A DNA stretch of 64,000 nucleotides from an uncultured Gammaproteobacteria bacterium (GCA_964540635.1 CAZINP010000002.1:20963-84962), one strand, 5' to 3'. Shown: positions 26,559 to 36,738, numbered from the stretch's first letter. Translations and numbers: made by a program. The notes: a model not told the origin generated them from the letters alone.

Positions 26559-27635
26559 ATGTTTAAAGTTATAAAGAAATCAAAAAAATCTAAAGCCAGG
26601 TTAACTCAATTGGAAACGTCTCATGGTAAAATCATGGGGCCTTTCTTTATGCCGATTGCGACAAAAGCGGCGGTAAAAAACATATCTGTCAACGAAATTA
26701 CCAATTTGGGTTCGCCCATAATCCTTTCAAACACTTATCATCTTTTTTTAGCGCCAGGATCTAAGTTGGTTAAGAGGGCTGGTGGTTTACATAAATTCAT
26801 GAATTGGCGCGGAATAATATTGACTGATTCCGGCGGTTTTCAGGTATTTTCGCTTTCAAAGATAAGGAAAATAACCGAAAAAGGTGTAATATTTTCTGAT
26901 CCTGCAAGCGGAAAAAAACATTTATTAACACCGGAATTATCAATTAAGACTCAGACTGATTTAGGAGTTGATATTGCCATGGCCTTTGATGATGTTATTG
27001 GATTTCCGGCCACTCGCGAAGAAGTTAAAGAGGCAATGGAAAGAACGGCTCGGTGGGCAAAAAGATGTCTGGTAGCAAGAAAAAATAAAAAACCTTTACT
27101 CTTTGGTATTGTTCAAGGCGGCGTATATAAAGATTTAAGAATAAAATCCGCCCAGGATTTAACTGCTTTGAATTTTGATGGTTTTGCGGTCGGTGGCGTA
27201 GCCGTAGGTGAACCGCGAGAAAAAATGAAACAAATTTTAAATTGGACGGTTCCAATTTTACCCGAGAATAAATCTAGATATTTAATGGGTTTGGGGAAAC
27301 CGGAAGAAATAGTTTTGGCTGTAAAGCAGGGGATTGATATGTTTGATTGTGTCATTCCTACTCGCGAAGCGCGCCATGGTCGATTGTATATTTGGGTTAA
27401 CAAAAGCTTGAAGGGTAAATTTTATAAAACAATCAATATTACAAACGCGCGTTATAAAAACGATCTTAAGCCGATTAATGACTCAAACCTCAAGCAATAT
27501 TCAAAAGCATATCTTCATCATTTGTTTAAAACAAATGAGCCATTGGGAATGCGTCTGGCCACGCTTAATAATTTGGATTTTTATTTAACCTTAATGGCGG
27601 AAATTCGCAAACAGATTAAAAACAACAAATTATGA
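26559..27635 (+). CDS. tgt: queuine tRNA-ribosyltransferase homologue lacking the zinc-binding Cys triad
   Basis: 'ILTDSGGFQVFSL' (Asp102 region), 'GIDMFDCVIPTR' (Asp280 region), 'YLHHLFKTNEPLGMRLATLNNLDFY'. No CxCxxC is present before YLHHL. Confidence 0.75.
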   Translation: MFKVIKKSKKSKARLTQLETSHGKIMGPFFMPIATKAAVKNISVNEITNLGSPIILSNTYHLFLAPGSKLVKRAGGLHKFMNWRGIILTDSGGFQVFSLSKIRKITEKGVIFSDPASGKKHLLTPELSIKTQTDLGVDIAMAFDDVIGFPATREEVKEAMERTARWAKRCLVARKNKKPLLFGIVQGGVYKDLRIKSAQDLTALNFDGFAVGGVAVGEPREKMKQILNWTVPILPENKSRYLMGLGKPEEIVLAVKQGIDMFDCVIPTREARHGRLYIWVNKSLKGKFYKTINITNARYKNDLKPINDSNLKQYSKAYLHHLFKTNEPLGMRLATLNNLDFYLTLMAEIRKQIKNNKL

Positions 27636-28333
27636 CGGATTTAAAAAGATTAACCCTTGAACTGTTTGATTGTGCTAATCCAAAACAAGCTGCGATTTTG
27701 CAGCGTTTTTTTAAGACCGGCAAAGGTGAATACGGTTGGGGCGACAAATTTTTAGGCATCAAGGTTCCGACCCAAAGACGTATTGCAAAAAAATACGAAT
27801 CACTAAAATTTAATGAGCTTCAAACCCTGTTAAATAGTCGTTACCATGAGCATCGGCTCGTGGCACTCATAATTTTAACCACCAAATTTGCAAAAGCCGA
27901 CGATAAACTAAGAAAAAAAATATTTGATTTCTACTTGAAAAATTATAAAAATATCAATAATTGGGACCTGGTTGATTTAAGTGCGCCAAACATTGTTGGT
28001 ACTTTTTTATTAAATAGACCCAAAAAGACACTTTTCTCTCTGGCTAAATCAAATAATTTATGGAAGAAAAGAATTTCGATTGTCTCCACCCATGCTTTCA
28101 TAAGACAGGGTCGGTTTAAAGAAACTTTAGAGGTATCGCAGGTTTTAATTAACGATAACCACGATTTGATACATAAGGCAATCGGATGGATGCTGCGCGA
28201 GGTGGGAAAAAGAGACAAAAAAACTTTGTCTTTATTCTTGGACAAAAATATCAAAAAAATGTCGCGAACGACTTTGCGATATGCAATTGAAAAATTTCCC
28301 AAAACCGAAAGACTTTACTACCTTAAAAAATAG
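27632..28333 (+). CDS. DNA alkylation repair protein (AlkD/AlkC-like HEAT-repeat glycosylase family)
   Basis: 'NNWDLVDLSAPNIVG' and overall HEAT-like repeats; 4-bp overlap with tgt. Confidence 0.6.
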   Translation: MTDLKRLTLELFDCANPKQAAILQRFFKTGKGEYGWGDKFLGIKVPTQRRIAKKYESLKFNELQTLLNSRYHEHRLVALIILTTKFAKADDKLRKKIFDFYLKNYKNINNWDLVDLSAPNIVGTFLLNRPKKTLFSLAKSNNLWKKRISIVSTHAFIRQGRFKETLEVSQVLINDNHDLIHKAIGWMLREVGKRDKKTLSLFLDKNIKKMSRTTLRYAIEKFPKTERLYYLKK

Positions 28334-28384
28334 AATTTAGCCCCTTACCACAGCCAATGAATTTTGATATAATATAGATAGATT

Positions 28385-28744
28385 ATGAGCAATAGAATTT
28401 CAAAAAATATAGCCTTAGAGATTTTGCTTGATTTTTTGTTTTGGCCGATTTGGTGGTATTCTGCCGGTTTTTTAAAAGTTTTAACTTCGGCATTCGGACA
28501 AGTTGTCTATCAGTATGAATATCTTGGTTTGGGAGTGTGGATTAAAAATATATTTACGCCAATGTATGGCATGTATGATTGGGAAAGTCGGATTATTAGT
28601 TTTTTGGTCAGAATTGCCCAAATTTTTGTCAGAGGAATTTTATTGATTCTTTGGACGTTTTTCATTTTGTGTGGCGTTATTATTTGGTTGGTTTTGCCGA
28701 TTTTTATTGTCTTTCAAATTTATTCAATTATAATTGTGATTTAA
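28385..28744 (+). CDS. small hypothetical membrane protein
   Basis: Three hydrophobic segments. Confidence 0.4.
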   Translation: MSNRISKNIALEILLDFLFWPIWWYSAGFLKVLTSAFGQVVYQYEYLGLGVWIKNIFTPMYGMYDWESRIISFLVRIAQIFVRGILLILWTFFILCGVIIWLVLPIFIVFQIYSIIIVI

Positions 28745-31498
28745 ATGGACGCTAATAAGAGCCAAAAATTTGATTTGATAAATTGCCCGAAATGCAATGG
28801 TCTTGGTTATTTTGAGGGTAAAACTTGTCCGGTTTGCTCCGGGTGGCGTTTGGTTGCCGTTTCGGATAATCGTATTTTTGTTTGGGGAAATGAGATAAGT
28901 AATTTTGAGTTTTTGCGGGAAAGAACTCATAGCATAATTGCCGGTTTGGTAAATTTTATTTTTTTAGCTTTTGGTCTTTTTGGAATCATTGTTTTGGGTT
29001 TAAAAATTTATAATTCTGAACAATCGCCACTTTTTTTATGGAATGCGCTCAGTTCCAAAGACGCTTTAATGTTAGTGTTTTGGTTATCACTTCTCGCTGA
29101 TTTATATTTATTTTATAAATTTGAAAGAGACCAGGAGAAAATTAAGTACCTACCTTCGCTAAGAAAAAAATTAAAAAAGAGAATATCGCAGCCACTAAAT
29201 TTTGAAAAAATTAATCAGAGACATATTTTTAAAATTGAGCCTTACTTTTCTTCGGGTGCCAGAAATGTTATCTACCAGGCTTGGTTAAAGGCAAGAAAGT
29301 TCAATAACTTTGAAGTTTTACCTTTGCATCTACTGATTTCACTTCTTAAAACCCGCCAAATTGAAGTTGTTTTTGGAAGATTGGGCACTCCGTTTTCTTC
29401 TTTAAAATCTAGAATAGAAAGCAGTTTGAGCGGATTAATGATCGATAAAAGTAAAACAATATTAAGCGATAAGCTTATTGCTATTATCTATCAATCTTTT
29501 TTCTTTTCTTTAAACAATCGTCAGAAAAAGGTTGAGATCCTAAATCTTTTTGAGGAAATGGCACTTCAGGAAAATGAAGTTAAAACGATTTTTTACGATT
29601 TAGATATTACTGAGGAAAAATCAAAAAATATTGTTGCCTGGATAAGGGTTAATGATATTTTACGCGATCGTTGGCACCACTTTCGCCAACGGGCAATTTT
29701 AAGGCCGAAATCAGGTTTAAATCGTTCAATGACGGCTATTGCTACACCAACCCTAAATGCTTTTGCCCAGGATTTAACGATGTTGGCTCAGTTTGGCTAC
29801 TTGATGCCGTGCATTGGCCGAGAAAAAGAATTCGAAACGATTTTTAGCGTGCTTAGCGGCGGACCAAGGCGTAGCGTGCTTTTAGTTGGCAACCCTGGTG
29901 TCGGCAAAAATACAATCATTGAGGGTTTAGCCCAAAAAATGGTTGAAGAAGATGTACCGGAATTTTTGCAAGATAAACGTTTGGTGAGTTTGAGTATTGC
30001 CAAGGTGGTTAGCGGTGTGGATCCGTCCGTTGCTCAAGGTAGACTTTTAATGATTTTGAATGAAATTAGGCGCTCCGGTAATATAATTCTTTATATTAGT
30101 GAAATTCAAAATTTAGTCGGAATAACCTCGGGAATGCAGGGGAGCATGGATTTAAGTGATGTTTTAGCTCAATTTTTAAGTAACAATACTGTTCTTTGCC
30201 TAGCCTCAACCTTGCCCGGAGATTATAAGCGCTATATTGAAGATAAAACTTCAGTGGATAATGTTTTTGAAAAACTGGAAATTAATGAGACGTCCGGCGA
30301 TGAAGCAATTCAAATCTTAGAAGCTAAGGTTGGTTCAATTGAGTATAAGGAAAATATTTTCTTTTCCTATGATGCAATTGCCAGCACCGTTGAATTTTCA
30401 AGCCGATATTTACACGATAGATATTTGCCGGAAAAGGCAATTCAGATTTTGCAAGAAGTCGCAAATTTAGTTCATGCCCAAAAAGGAAAAAATGCTCTTG
30501 TAACCGGGAATGACGTCGCTCAGTTAATCTCAGAAAAAACTAATATTCCTTTAACTGAAATTACGGCCGAGGAATCACAAAAATTGTTAAATTTAGAAGA
30601 TCAGATTCACCAAAGAATGATTGACCAAGAAGAAGCGGTTAAGATGGTTTCTGACAGCTTAAGGCGAGCCAGGGCGGAGATGAGAGATATTAAGCGTCCA
30701 ATTTCCAATTTTCTTTTTCTCGGTCCTACTGGCGTTGGTAAAACCGAATTGGCAAAATCTGTTGCGGAAGTGTATTTTGGCTCGGAGAAAAATATGGTTC
30801 GCTTGGATATGTCAGAATATCAAGAAAAAACCTCGATTAATCGTTTAATTGGTGCGCCAGCTGGTTATTCGGGCAGTGAAACCGGGGGATTCTTAACTGA
30901 AGCAATCAGAAAAAATCCATTTTCATTAATTTTACTTGATGAAATTGAAAAGGCACATCCGGATATTTTGAATTTATTTTTACAGGTGATGGATGATGGA
31001 CGCCTAACCGATTCCAATGGCAAAACAATAGATTTTACCAACGCGATATTGATTGCAACCTCAAATGCCGGAACTAAATTGATCCAGCAAAGAGTTCGTG
31101 AAAACATTTCTGTAATTAAAATTAAAGAAGAGTTGGTTGCTGGTGAATTGTTAAATTATTTTAGGCCTGAATTTTTAAATCGTTTTGACGGCATTATTGT
31201 GTTTAAGCCCCTGGCTCTTGAAGACGTGAAAGCCATTGCTAAATTGATGATAAATAAAGTGGCCAAAGATTTAGACGAAAAAGGAATTGGTTTGGTGGCA
31301 ACCGAAGAGGGCATTGAGTCCTTGGCTCAATTGGGCTATGACCCGGAATTTGGCGCCAGACCCCTAAGACGAGTTATTCAAGAAAAGATTCAAGATGAAT
31401 TGGCAAATTTAATTATCTCAAAGTCATTAAACAGACGCGATGTTGTCACCATTGGTTTAGGCGCTGTTTTATCGGTTAATAAGGCAAGTAAAATTTGA
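28745..31498 (+). CDS. membrane-anchored Clp/Hsp100-family AAA+ protein with N-terminal C4 zinc ribbon and degenerate NBD1
   Basis: Zinc ribbon 'CPKCNGLGYFEGKTCPVC', then two TM helices and Clp_N-like repeats. NBD1 Walker A is 'GNPGVGKNT' (Thr to Asn) and Walker B is 'ILYISEIQ' (DE to SE). NBD2 is canonical ('GPTGVGKTE', '[12 protein letters not shown]'). There is no ClpB-type M-domain. Confidence 0.75.
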   Translation: MDANKSQKFDLINCPKCNGLGYFEGKTCPVCSGWRLVAVSDNRIFVWGNEISNFEFLRERTHSIIAGLVNFIFLAFGLFGIIVLGLKIYNSEQSPLFLWNALSSKDALMLVFWLSLLADLYLFYKFERDQEKIKYLPSLRKKLKKRISQPLNFEKINQRHIFKIEPYFSSGARNVIYQAWLKARKFNNFEVLPLHLLISLLKTRQIEVVFGRLGTPFSSLKSRIESSLSGLMIDKSKTILSDKLIAIIYQSFFFSLNNRQKKVEILNLFEEMALQENEVKTIFYDLDITEEKSKNIVAWIRVNDILRDRWHHFRQRAILRPKSGLNRSMTAIATPTLNAFAQDLTMLAQFGYLMPCIGREKEFETIFSVLSGGPRRSVLLVGNPGVGKNTIIEGLAQKMVEEDVPEFLQDKRLVSLSIAKVVSGVDPSVAQGRLLMILNEIRRSGNIILYISEIQNLVGITSGMQGSMDLSDVLAQFLSNNTVLCLASTLPGDYKRYIEDKTSVDNVFEKLEINETSGDEAIQILEAKVGSIEYKENIFFSYDAIASTVEFSSRYLHDRYLPEKAIQILQEVANLVHAQKGKNALVTGNDVAQLISEKTNIPLTEITAEESQKLLNLEDQIHQRMIDQEEAVKMVSDSLRRARAEMRDIKRPISNFLFLGPTGVGKTELAKSVAEVYFGSEKNMVRLDMSEYQEKTSINRLIGAPAGYSGSETGGFLTEAIRKNPFSLILLDEIEKAHPDILNLFLQVMDDGRLTDSNGKTIDFTNAILIATSNAGTKLIQQRVRENISVIKIKEELVAGELLNYFRPEFLNRFDGIIVFKPLALEDVKAIAKLMINKVAKDLDEKGIGLVATEEGIESLAQLGYDPEFGARPLRRVIQEKIQDELANLIISKSLNRRDVVTIGLGAVLSVNKASKI

Positions 31499-32541
31499 TG
31501 AAATATTTAATCCCATTTATTGTTTCCCTGGCTTTTTCTTTAATTCTAACGCCCATAGTAAAAAATATAGCTATGAAGTTGGGTGTTGTGGATATGCCGG
31601 GTGAAAGAAAAATACATAAAACCCCCATACCCCTAAGCGGCGGCTTAGCGGTATTTTTATCATTTTCGCTTTCGGTTATAATTTTTTGGCTTTTTGCCTC
31701 TTTAACTGATGCCAAAGTTAATGACTATTATATTTTATTAATATTAATCTCCGGACTCATTCTTATTATTGGCGGGTTATTGGATGATATTTTCAATTTA
31801 AAGCCGTGGCAGCAACTTTTTTTTCCAATATTGGCAATAATCATTGTTTTGCTTTCCGGCATAAGAATTAATTTCGTTACTAATCCATTGGGCGGGTATA
31901 TTCAGTTCCCGGTTTTTGTCGGAACGATTATTGCGTTTTTCTGGATCTTGGGAATGATTTACACGACAAAATTTTTAGACGGATTAGACGGCCTTGTCAG
32001 CGGCGTTACCGTCATTGGATCTCTTATTATTTTTGCATTAAGTCTTTCGTGGGATATAAGCGATTCAGCCACATCATATTTAAGTTTGATTTTAGCCGGT
32101 TCTTGTTTGGGATTTTTATTTTACAATTTTAACCCGGCCAAAATATTTTTAGGCGAAGGGGGGAGTGTATTTTGCGGTTTTATGCTTGGCTTATTGGCGA
32201 TTATTTCCGGATCAAAAATAGCCACGGCTTTATTAATAATGGGTATTCCAATTTTAGATGTAATCTGGGTGATTGCCAGAAGAATAATACAAAGAAAATC
32301 TCCGGCCTCGGCTGATCGCAAGCACCTCCATTTTCGGCTTTTGGATATTGGCTTAAGTCATAAACAAGCCGTGGTGTTTCTTTATTTGATTACCGCTGCT
32401 TTTGGTTTAACTTCATTATTTTTAAAATCAAAAGGAAAATTAATCGCCCTGGTGGTTTTGATTTTTTTTATGTTACTCTTGGCCGCCAGCTTGGTTTTTG
32501 CCTATAAACGAAAACAAAAAAATGAAAACACCGGAATTTAA
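31495..32541 (+). CDS. polyprenyl-phosphate N-acetylhexosamine-1-phosphate transferase (MraY/WecA/TagO family, GT4)
   Basis: Ten-TM protein with 'NFNPAKIFLGEGGSVFCGFMLG' and 'DGLDGL', typical of MraY/WecA. Confidence 0.7.
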   Translation: MMKYLIPFIVSLAFSLILTPIVKNIAMKLGVVDMPGERKIHKTPIPLSGGLAVFLSFSLSVIIFWLFASLTDAKVNDYYILLILISGLILIIGGLLDDIFNLKPWQQLFFPILAIIIVLLSGIRINFVTNPLGGYIQFPVFVGTIIAFFWILGMIYTTKFLDGLDGLVSGVTVIGSLIIFALSLSWDISDSATSYLSLILAGSCLGFLFYNFNPAKIFLGEGGSVFCGFMLGLLAIISGSKIATALLIMGIPILDVIWVIARRIIQRKSPASADRKHLHFRLLDIGLSHKQAVVFLYLITAAFGLTSLFLKSKGKLIALVVLIFFMLLLAASLVFAYKRKQKNENTGI

Positions 32542-34015
32542 ATCATATAAACTTGATTTTATTGTTTTAATCTCCGGCATCTCGGTTATGGTTCTTGAGT
32601 TGGTTGGCGCCAGAATTCTAGCGCCTTATGTTGGTACTTCAATGTTTGTTTGGGCCTCACTGATTGGCGTTGTTTTAGGCTCACTAACAATTGGCTATTA
32701 TTTAGGCGGCTATTTTTCTGAAAAAAATCCAAATTTGAATTTTCTTTCAAATATTTTATTGATTTCCGGTGTTGTAATTTTACTTCTTTGTTTTTTGAAA
32801 GACGATTTAATGAAGTTATCATTGTACTTTGGCGTTAAGAGCGGATCAATATTTTCTTCATTAATTTTATTTTCTGCACCAAGCATACTTTTAGGCATGG
32901 TCTCTCCCTATGCCATACGCTTAAAAATCATCGATGTTCATAGTTCCGGCGAGGTTGCCGGCAAACTTTATGCCTTATCAACCATCGGCAGTATTATTGG
33001 TACATTTTTGGCCGGTTTTTATCTTATCCCGACATTTGGCAGTTCGCAAATAATGTTTGGCATTGCCGGCACATTAATAATTTCGGCCTTGGCCGTTAAT
33101 TTCAATTTTTTAAAAATACTTATTTTTATTGTTTTTCTTGGGTCATCTTTTTTTGTTTTTGACAGCAACGATAATTTGATAATTTACGAAACAGATAGCG
33201 AGTATAACCATATCAGAGTCGCTGATTATATTGATCAGGATAATAGGCCAACGAGAATTTTGTATTTGGCAACCGAGGCTCACTCGGCTATTTATCGTGA
33301 TTCAGATGAGTTGTTTCCGGGTTACTTTCAATACTACCAACTTGATGAAATTTTCAAACCAGAAATCAAAACGGCACTTAATATTGGTGGTGGGGCTTAC
33401 GTTGGTCCAATTAACTTTTTAAAAAGATTTCCCGAAGCTAAAATTACGGTTGTTGAAATTGATCCAAAGGTAACCGAAGTTGCTAAAAAATATTTTAACT
33501 TAGAAGAAAACCCGCGTTTAAATATTGTTCATGCCGACGGCAGAATATTTTTAAATAACAATAAAGAAAAATTTGATGTGATTTATGGCGATGCTTTCGG
33601 TTCTTATTATTCCGTGCCTTTTCAGCTCACCACAAAAGAAGCAATGCAAAAAATATACAATTCTTTAAATGACGATGGTATTTTTTTGATGAATATAATT
33701 TCGTCAATTGCCGGCGATGGCTCTATTTTTTTTCAATCAGAATTTAAAACTTTATCCGAAATTTTTCCCCAGCTTTATGTTTTTCCCGTCAAATATCACG
33801 AAAAAGATGATATCAATAAACATCAAAACATAATTCTTGTGGCAACAAAAAGTTCGTTTAGATTAAGCCTTGAAGAGATGAAATCAAGAGCAAACGAAAA
33901 GCAAAAAGATCTTGTAAAAAGCTATTGGAGTGATGGAATTAATCTTGATCAAAACATTGAAGTACTAACTGATAATTTTGCTCCTGTCGATTATTACATC
34001 TCAAAAATATTATAA
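32522..34015 (+). CDS. spermidine-synthase-like methyltransferase-fold protein fused to an N-terminal polytopic membrane domain
   Basis: ~200-aa TM domain, then 'ALNIGGGAYVGPINFLKRFPEAKITVVEIDPKVTEVAKKYF' and 'IYGDAFGS' (spermine/spermidine synthase family). Confidence 0.6.
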   Translation: MKTPEFKSYKLDFIVLISGISVMVLELVGARILAPYVGTSMFVWASLIGVVLGSLTIGYYLGGYFSEKNPNLNFLSNILLISGVVILLLCFLKDDLMKLSLYFGVKSGSIFSSLILFSAPSILLGMVSPYAIRLKIIDVHSSGEVAGKLYALSTIGSIIGTFLAGFYLIPTFGSSQIMFGIAGTLIISALAVNFNFLKILIFIVFLGSSFFVFDSNDNLIIYETDSEYNHIRVADYIDQDNRPTRILYLATEAHSAIYRDSDELFPGYFQYYQLDEIFKPEIKTALNIGGGAYVGPINFLKRFPEAKITVVEIDPKVTEVAKKYFNLEENPRLNIVHADGRIFLNNNKEKFDVIYGDAFGSYYSVPFQLTTKEAMQKIYNSLNDDGIFLMNIISSIAGDGSIFFQSEFKTLSEIFPQLYVFPVKYHEKDDINKHQNIILVATKSSFRLSLEEMKSRANEKQKDLVKSYWSDGINLDQNIEVLTDNFAPVDYYISKIL

Positions 34016-34072
34016 TAAAAAAATCGCTAATTTTAAATGTTTTTTAATAAATATTTACTAAATTATTTATTC

Positions 34073-34101
34073 TTGACTTTTTGGATAAAATTGGTTATAC
34101 T
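34073..34101 (+). promoter_or_regulatory. sigma70-type promoter for rplU (TTGACT-17-TATACT)
   Basis: -35 at 34073-34078 and -10 at 34096-34101. Confidence 0.5.
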
Positions 34102-34132
34102 ACCTAAATCTAAATAATATTTAGCTTATTTT

Positions 34133-34438
34133 ATGTCATTATCAGTAATCAAAACCGGCGGGAAGCAATATGTTGTTTTGCCCGGACAGAAACTAAAGAT
34201 TGAAAAATTATCTTCAAAAACCGGCGATAGCGTTTCATTTGAAACTCTTTTGAGCGCCGATGTCGACGGTAAAGATGTCAAAATCGGTAAACCATTTTTG
34301 AGCGGCAAAGTTGAAGCCAAAGTTACCGGCGAAGGTAAGGCCAAAAAAGTTTTGGTTGTAAAATACAAACCAAAAACACGCTATAAAAAGCGCGTTGGTC
34401 ATCGTCAGCCATTCAGCCAAATTGAAATTTCAAAATAG
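34133..34438 (+). CDS. rplU: 50S ribosomal protein L21
   Basis: 'MSLSVIKTGGKQYVV' ... 'KYKPKTRYKKRVGHRQPFSQIEI'. Confidence 0.9.
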   Translation: MSLSVIKTGGKQYVVLPGQKLKIEKLSSKTGDSVSFETLLSADVDGKDVKIGKPFLSGKVEAKVTGEGKAKKVLVVKYKPKTRYKKRVGHRQPFSQIEISK

Positions 34439-34475
34439 TTGCAATAAAAATCACCCCGTCAAACGGGGTGATTTT

Positions 34476-35075
34476 TTATAACTCTCTTCGGCCTTTTAAG
34501 GCGTTTGTAAGGGTTATTTCATCGGCGTATTCTAAGTCGCTGCCGGTTGGCAATCCTTGAGCTAAACGGCTGACTTTTAATTGAGGGAATTGTTTTAAAA
34601 ATTTGAGAAGGTAAAGAATAGTCGTTTCGCCCGGTAAATCGGAATTCATTGCCAAGATTACTTCTTTAACATTTTCTTGTTTTATGCGCTGACCAAGTTC
34701 ACGAATTTTTAATTTTTCCGGGGTAATGCCTTCCAAGGCATCAATAACACCGCCCAAAACATGATAAGTGCCGTTGTATTCGCCGGTTTTTTCCAGGGCA
34801 TACAGGTCTTGTGGTTTTTCCACAATACAAATTGTTGTCTGACTTCTTTTTTTATCGCCGCAGATTTCACACGGGTTTGATTCGGCAAAATTATAACATT
34901 TTTGGCAAACCGTAATTTTGTCCTTAATGTGCTCAAGCGCCTCGCCAAATTGGGCTAAATCTGATTTTTGCTTTTTTAATAAATAATAAACCAACCTTTC
35001 TGCCGTTTTTGGACCGATGCCGGGCAGAGCAGAGAACTGATCTATTAAATTTTTTATTGAGGGAGGAAAAGCCAT
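34476..35075 (-). CDS. recR: recombination protein RecR
   Basis: HhH 'LPGIGPKTAERL', C4 zinc finger 'CQKCYNFAESNPCEIC', Toprim. Confidence 0.9.
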   Translation of the reverse strand: MAFPPSIKNLIDQFSALPGIGPKTAERLVYYLLKKQKSDLAQFGEALEHIKDKITVCQKCYNFAESNPCEICGDKKRSQTTICIVEKPQDLYALEKTGEYNGTYHVLGGVIDALEGITPEKLKIRELGQRIKQENVKEVILAMNSDLPGETTILYLLKFLKQFPQLKVSRLAQGLPTGSDLEYADEITLTNALKGRREL

Positions 35076-35078
35076 ATT

Positions 35079-36467
35079 TTAAAATGGAATATCTTTGCCG
35101 GCTTCGTCGTATGAAAGTTTTCCTTCAAGATTGCGAAAAGTTACGTTTTTGGCGTCAAAGAAAAGTTTTACTTTACCGGTTGGGCCGTTTCTGTGCTTGG
35201 CAATATGGATTTCGGCCGTATTGGCTTTTTCCGGCGGTAAATCTTGATGATACATTGCTTCGCGATAAATAAATAAAACCACGTCAGCATCTTGCTCAAT
35301 TGAACCGGATTCGCGCAAATCGGCCAAACGGGGGATATGAGTGTCTCGGCTTTCAACCGAACGAGAAAGCTGAGACAGGGCAATTACCGGAACATTTAAC
35401 TCACGCGCAATCGCTTTTAAATTTCTTGAAATTTCGGAAACTTCTTGGACACGGTTTTCTTTTGATCGACCTTCCATTAACTGCAAGTAGTCTATAACAA
35501 TCAAACCTAAACCGTGCTCTGACTGCAAGCGTCTGGCCTTAGTTCTGATTTCCATGATATTGGCATTGGCCGAATCATCAATAAAAATTCGGGCTTCTGA
35601 GAGTTTTGCCATTGCGTGATTAATTCGGGTAAAATCGTCATCCTCGCCGCTATCATTTAATTTTCCGGTTCTCATTTTCCAAAGATCAACTCCAGCCTCA
35701 GAGCATAATAATCTATCAACCAATTGCTCTTTTGACATTTCCAAAGAAAATATCCCGACCGTTTCCTTGCCCTTGATGGCTACATTTCGGGCAATATCAA
35801 GAGCAAAAGTTGTTTTACCGGCCGAAGGGCGAGCAGCAAGAATAATTAAATCCGATCTTTGTAATCCGGCCAGAACGTTATCCAAATCATTATAATAGGT
35901 TGGGATGCCTCTTAATTTTCCTGAACCGCGATGAAGTTCGTCAATTCTGTCAAATGCTTCAGTTAAAACATCATTGATTGAGATAAATGATCTTTTTAAA
36001 AATTTCTGCGAAACGCCAAATAATTTTTGTTCCGCCTGATCTAATAAAGTTTCTATTTCTAAATTTTGATCATATCCGAGTTCAGAAATTTCAGCGGACG
36101 CTTGCAAAAGACGCCTTAAGGTTGATTTACTTTGAACGACTTTGGCGTAGTGAACAATATGGCTTGAAGTTGGCACTAAATTGGCAAGAGATGTTAAATA
36201 TGATCTACCGCCCACAACTTCAAGTTTGCCCATTGAATCAAGCTTGGCGCTGACCGAAATCAAATCAATCGGCTCACGCTTTTCATAAAGCCCTTTCATG
36301 GCTTCGTAGATAAATCTATGGATTTCCTTATAAAAATCTTCGGGGGTAATTAAATCAGCCACTTTGAGCATGCCATCCTTGTCTAAAAGTAAGGCGCCAA
36401 GCAAGCTTTGTTCGGTTTCGATGTTCTGGGGTGGAATTTTTTCAAAATTGTCGTTGTTTTGATTCAT
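35079..36467 (-). CDS. dnaB: replicative DNA helicase DnaB
   Basis: N-terminal 'PPQNIETEQSLLGALL'; Walker A 'ARPSAGKTTFAL'; RecA-like C-terminal domain. Confidence 0.9.
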   Translation of the reverse strand: MNQNNDNFEKIPPQNIETEQSLLGALLLDKDGMLKVADLITPEDFYKEIHRFIYEAMKGLYEKREPIDLISVSAKLDSMGKLEVVGGRSYLTSLANLVPTSSHIVHYAKVVQSKSTLRRLLQASAEISELGYDQNLEIETLLDQAEQKLFGVSQKFLKRSFISINDVLTEAFDRIDELHRGSGKLRGIPTYYNDLDNVLAGLQRSDLIILAARPSAGKTTFALDIARNVAIKGKETVGIFSLEMSKEQLVDRLLCSEAGVDLWKMRTGKLNDSGEDDDFTRINHAMAKLSEARIFIDDSANANIMEIRTKARRLQSEHGLGLIVIDYLQLMEGRSKENRVQEVSEISRNLKAIARELNVPVIALSQLSRSVESRDTHIPRLADLRESGSIEQDADVVLFIYREAMYHQDLPPEKANTAEIHIAKHRNGPTGKVKLFFDAKNVTFRNLEGKLSYDEAGKDIPF

Positions 36468-36662
36468 ATTTTTTCTTATAGCAACTATATTTTACATTTA
36501 ATCGGGCCAAGATTCAAGGGTGTTTTATAGCACATTTTATCCACTATTTATTCATAAGAAGGGTTGTTTATATTACAAAAATATAAATATTCAAACAAAA
36601 TCCATCAACACTTGCAAAAAAATCTTTTTTTTGGTATTATATTTTTTGTTAAGAATATTTAT

Positions 36663-36738
36663 GGGTCGTTAGCTCAGTTGGTAGAGCAGCAGCCTTTTAA
36701 GCTGATGGTCGCAGGTTCGATCCCTGCACGACCCACCA
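36663..36738 (+). tRNA. tRNA-Lys (anticodon TTT), 3' CCA encoded
   Basis: Cloverleaf GGGTCGT/ACGACCC; D-arm GCTC..GAGC; anticodon loop CTTTTAA; T-loop TTCGATC; preceded by a TTGCAA-17-TATTAT promoter. Confidence 0.9.
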
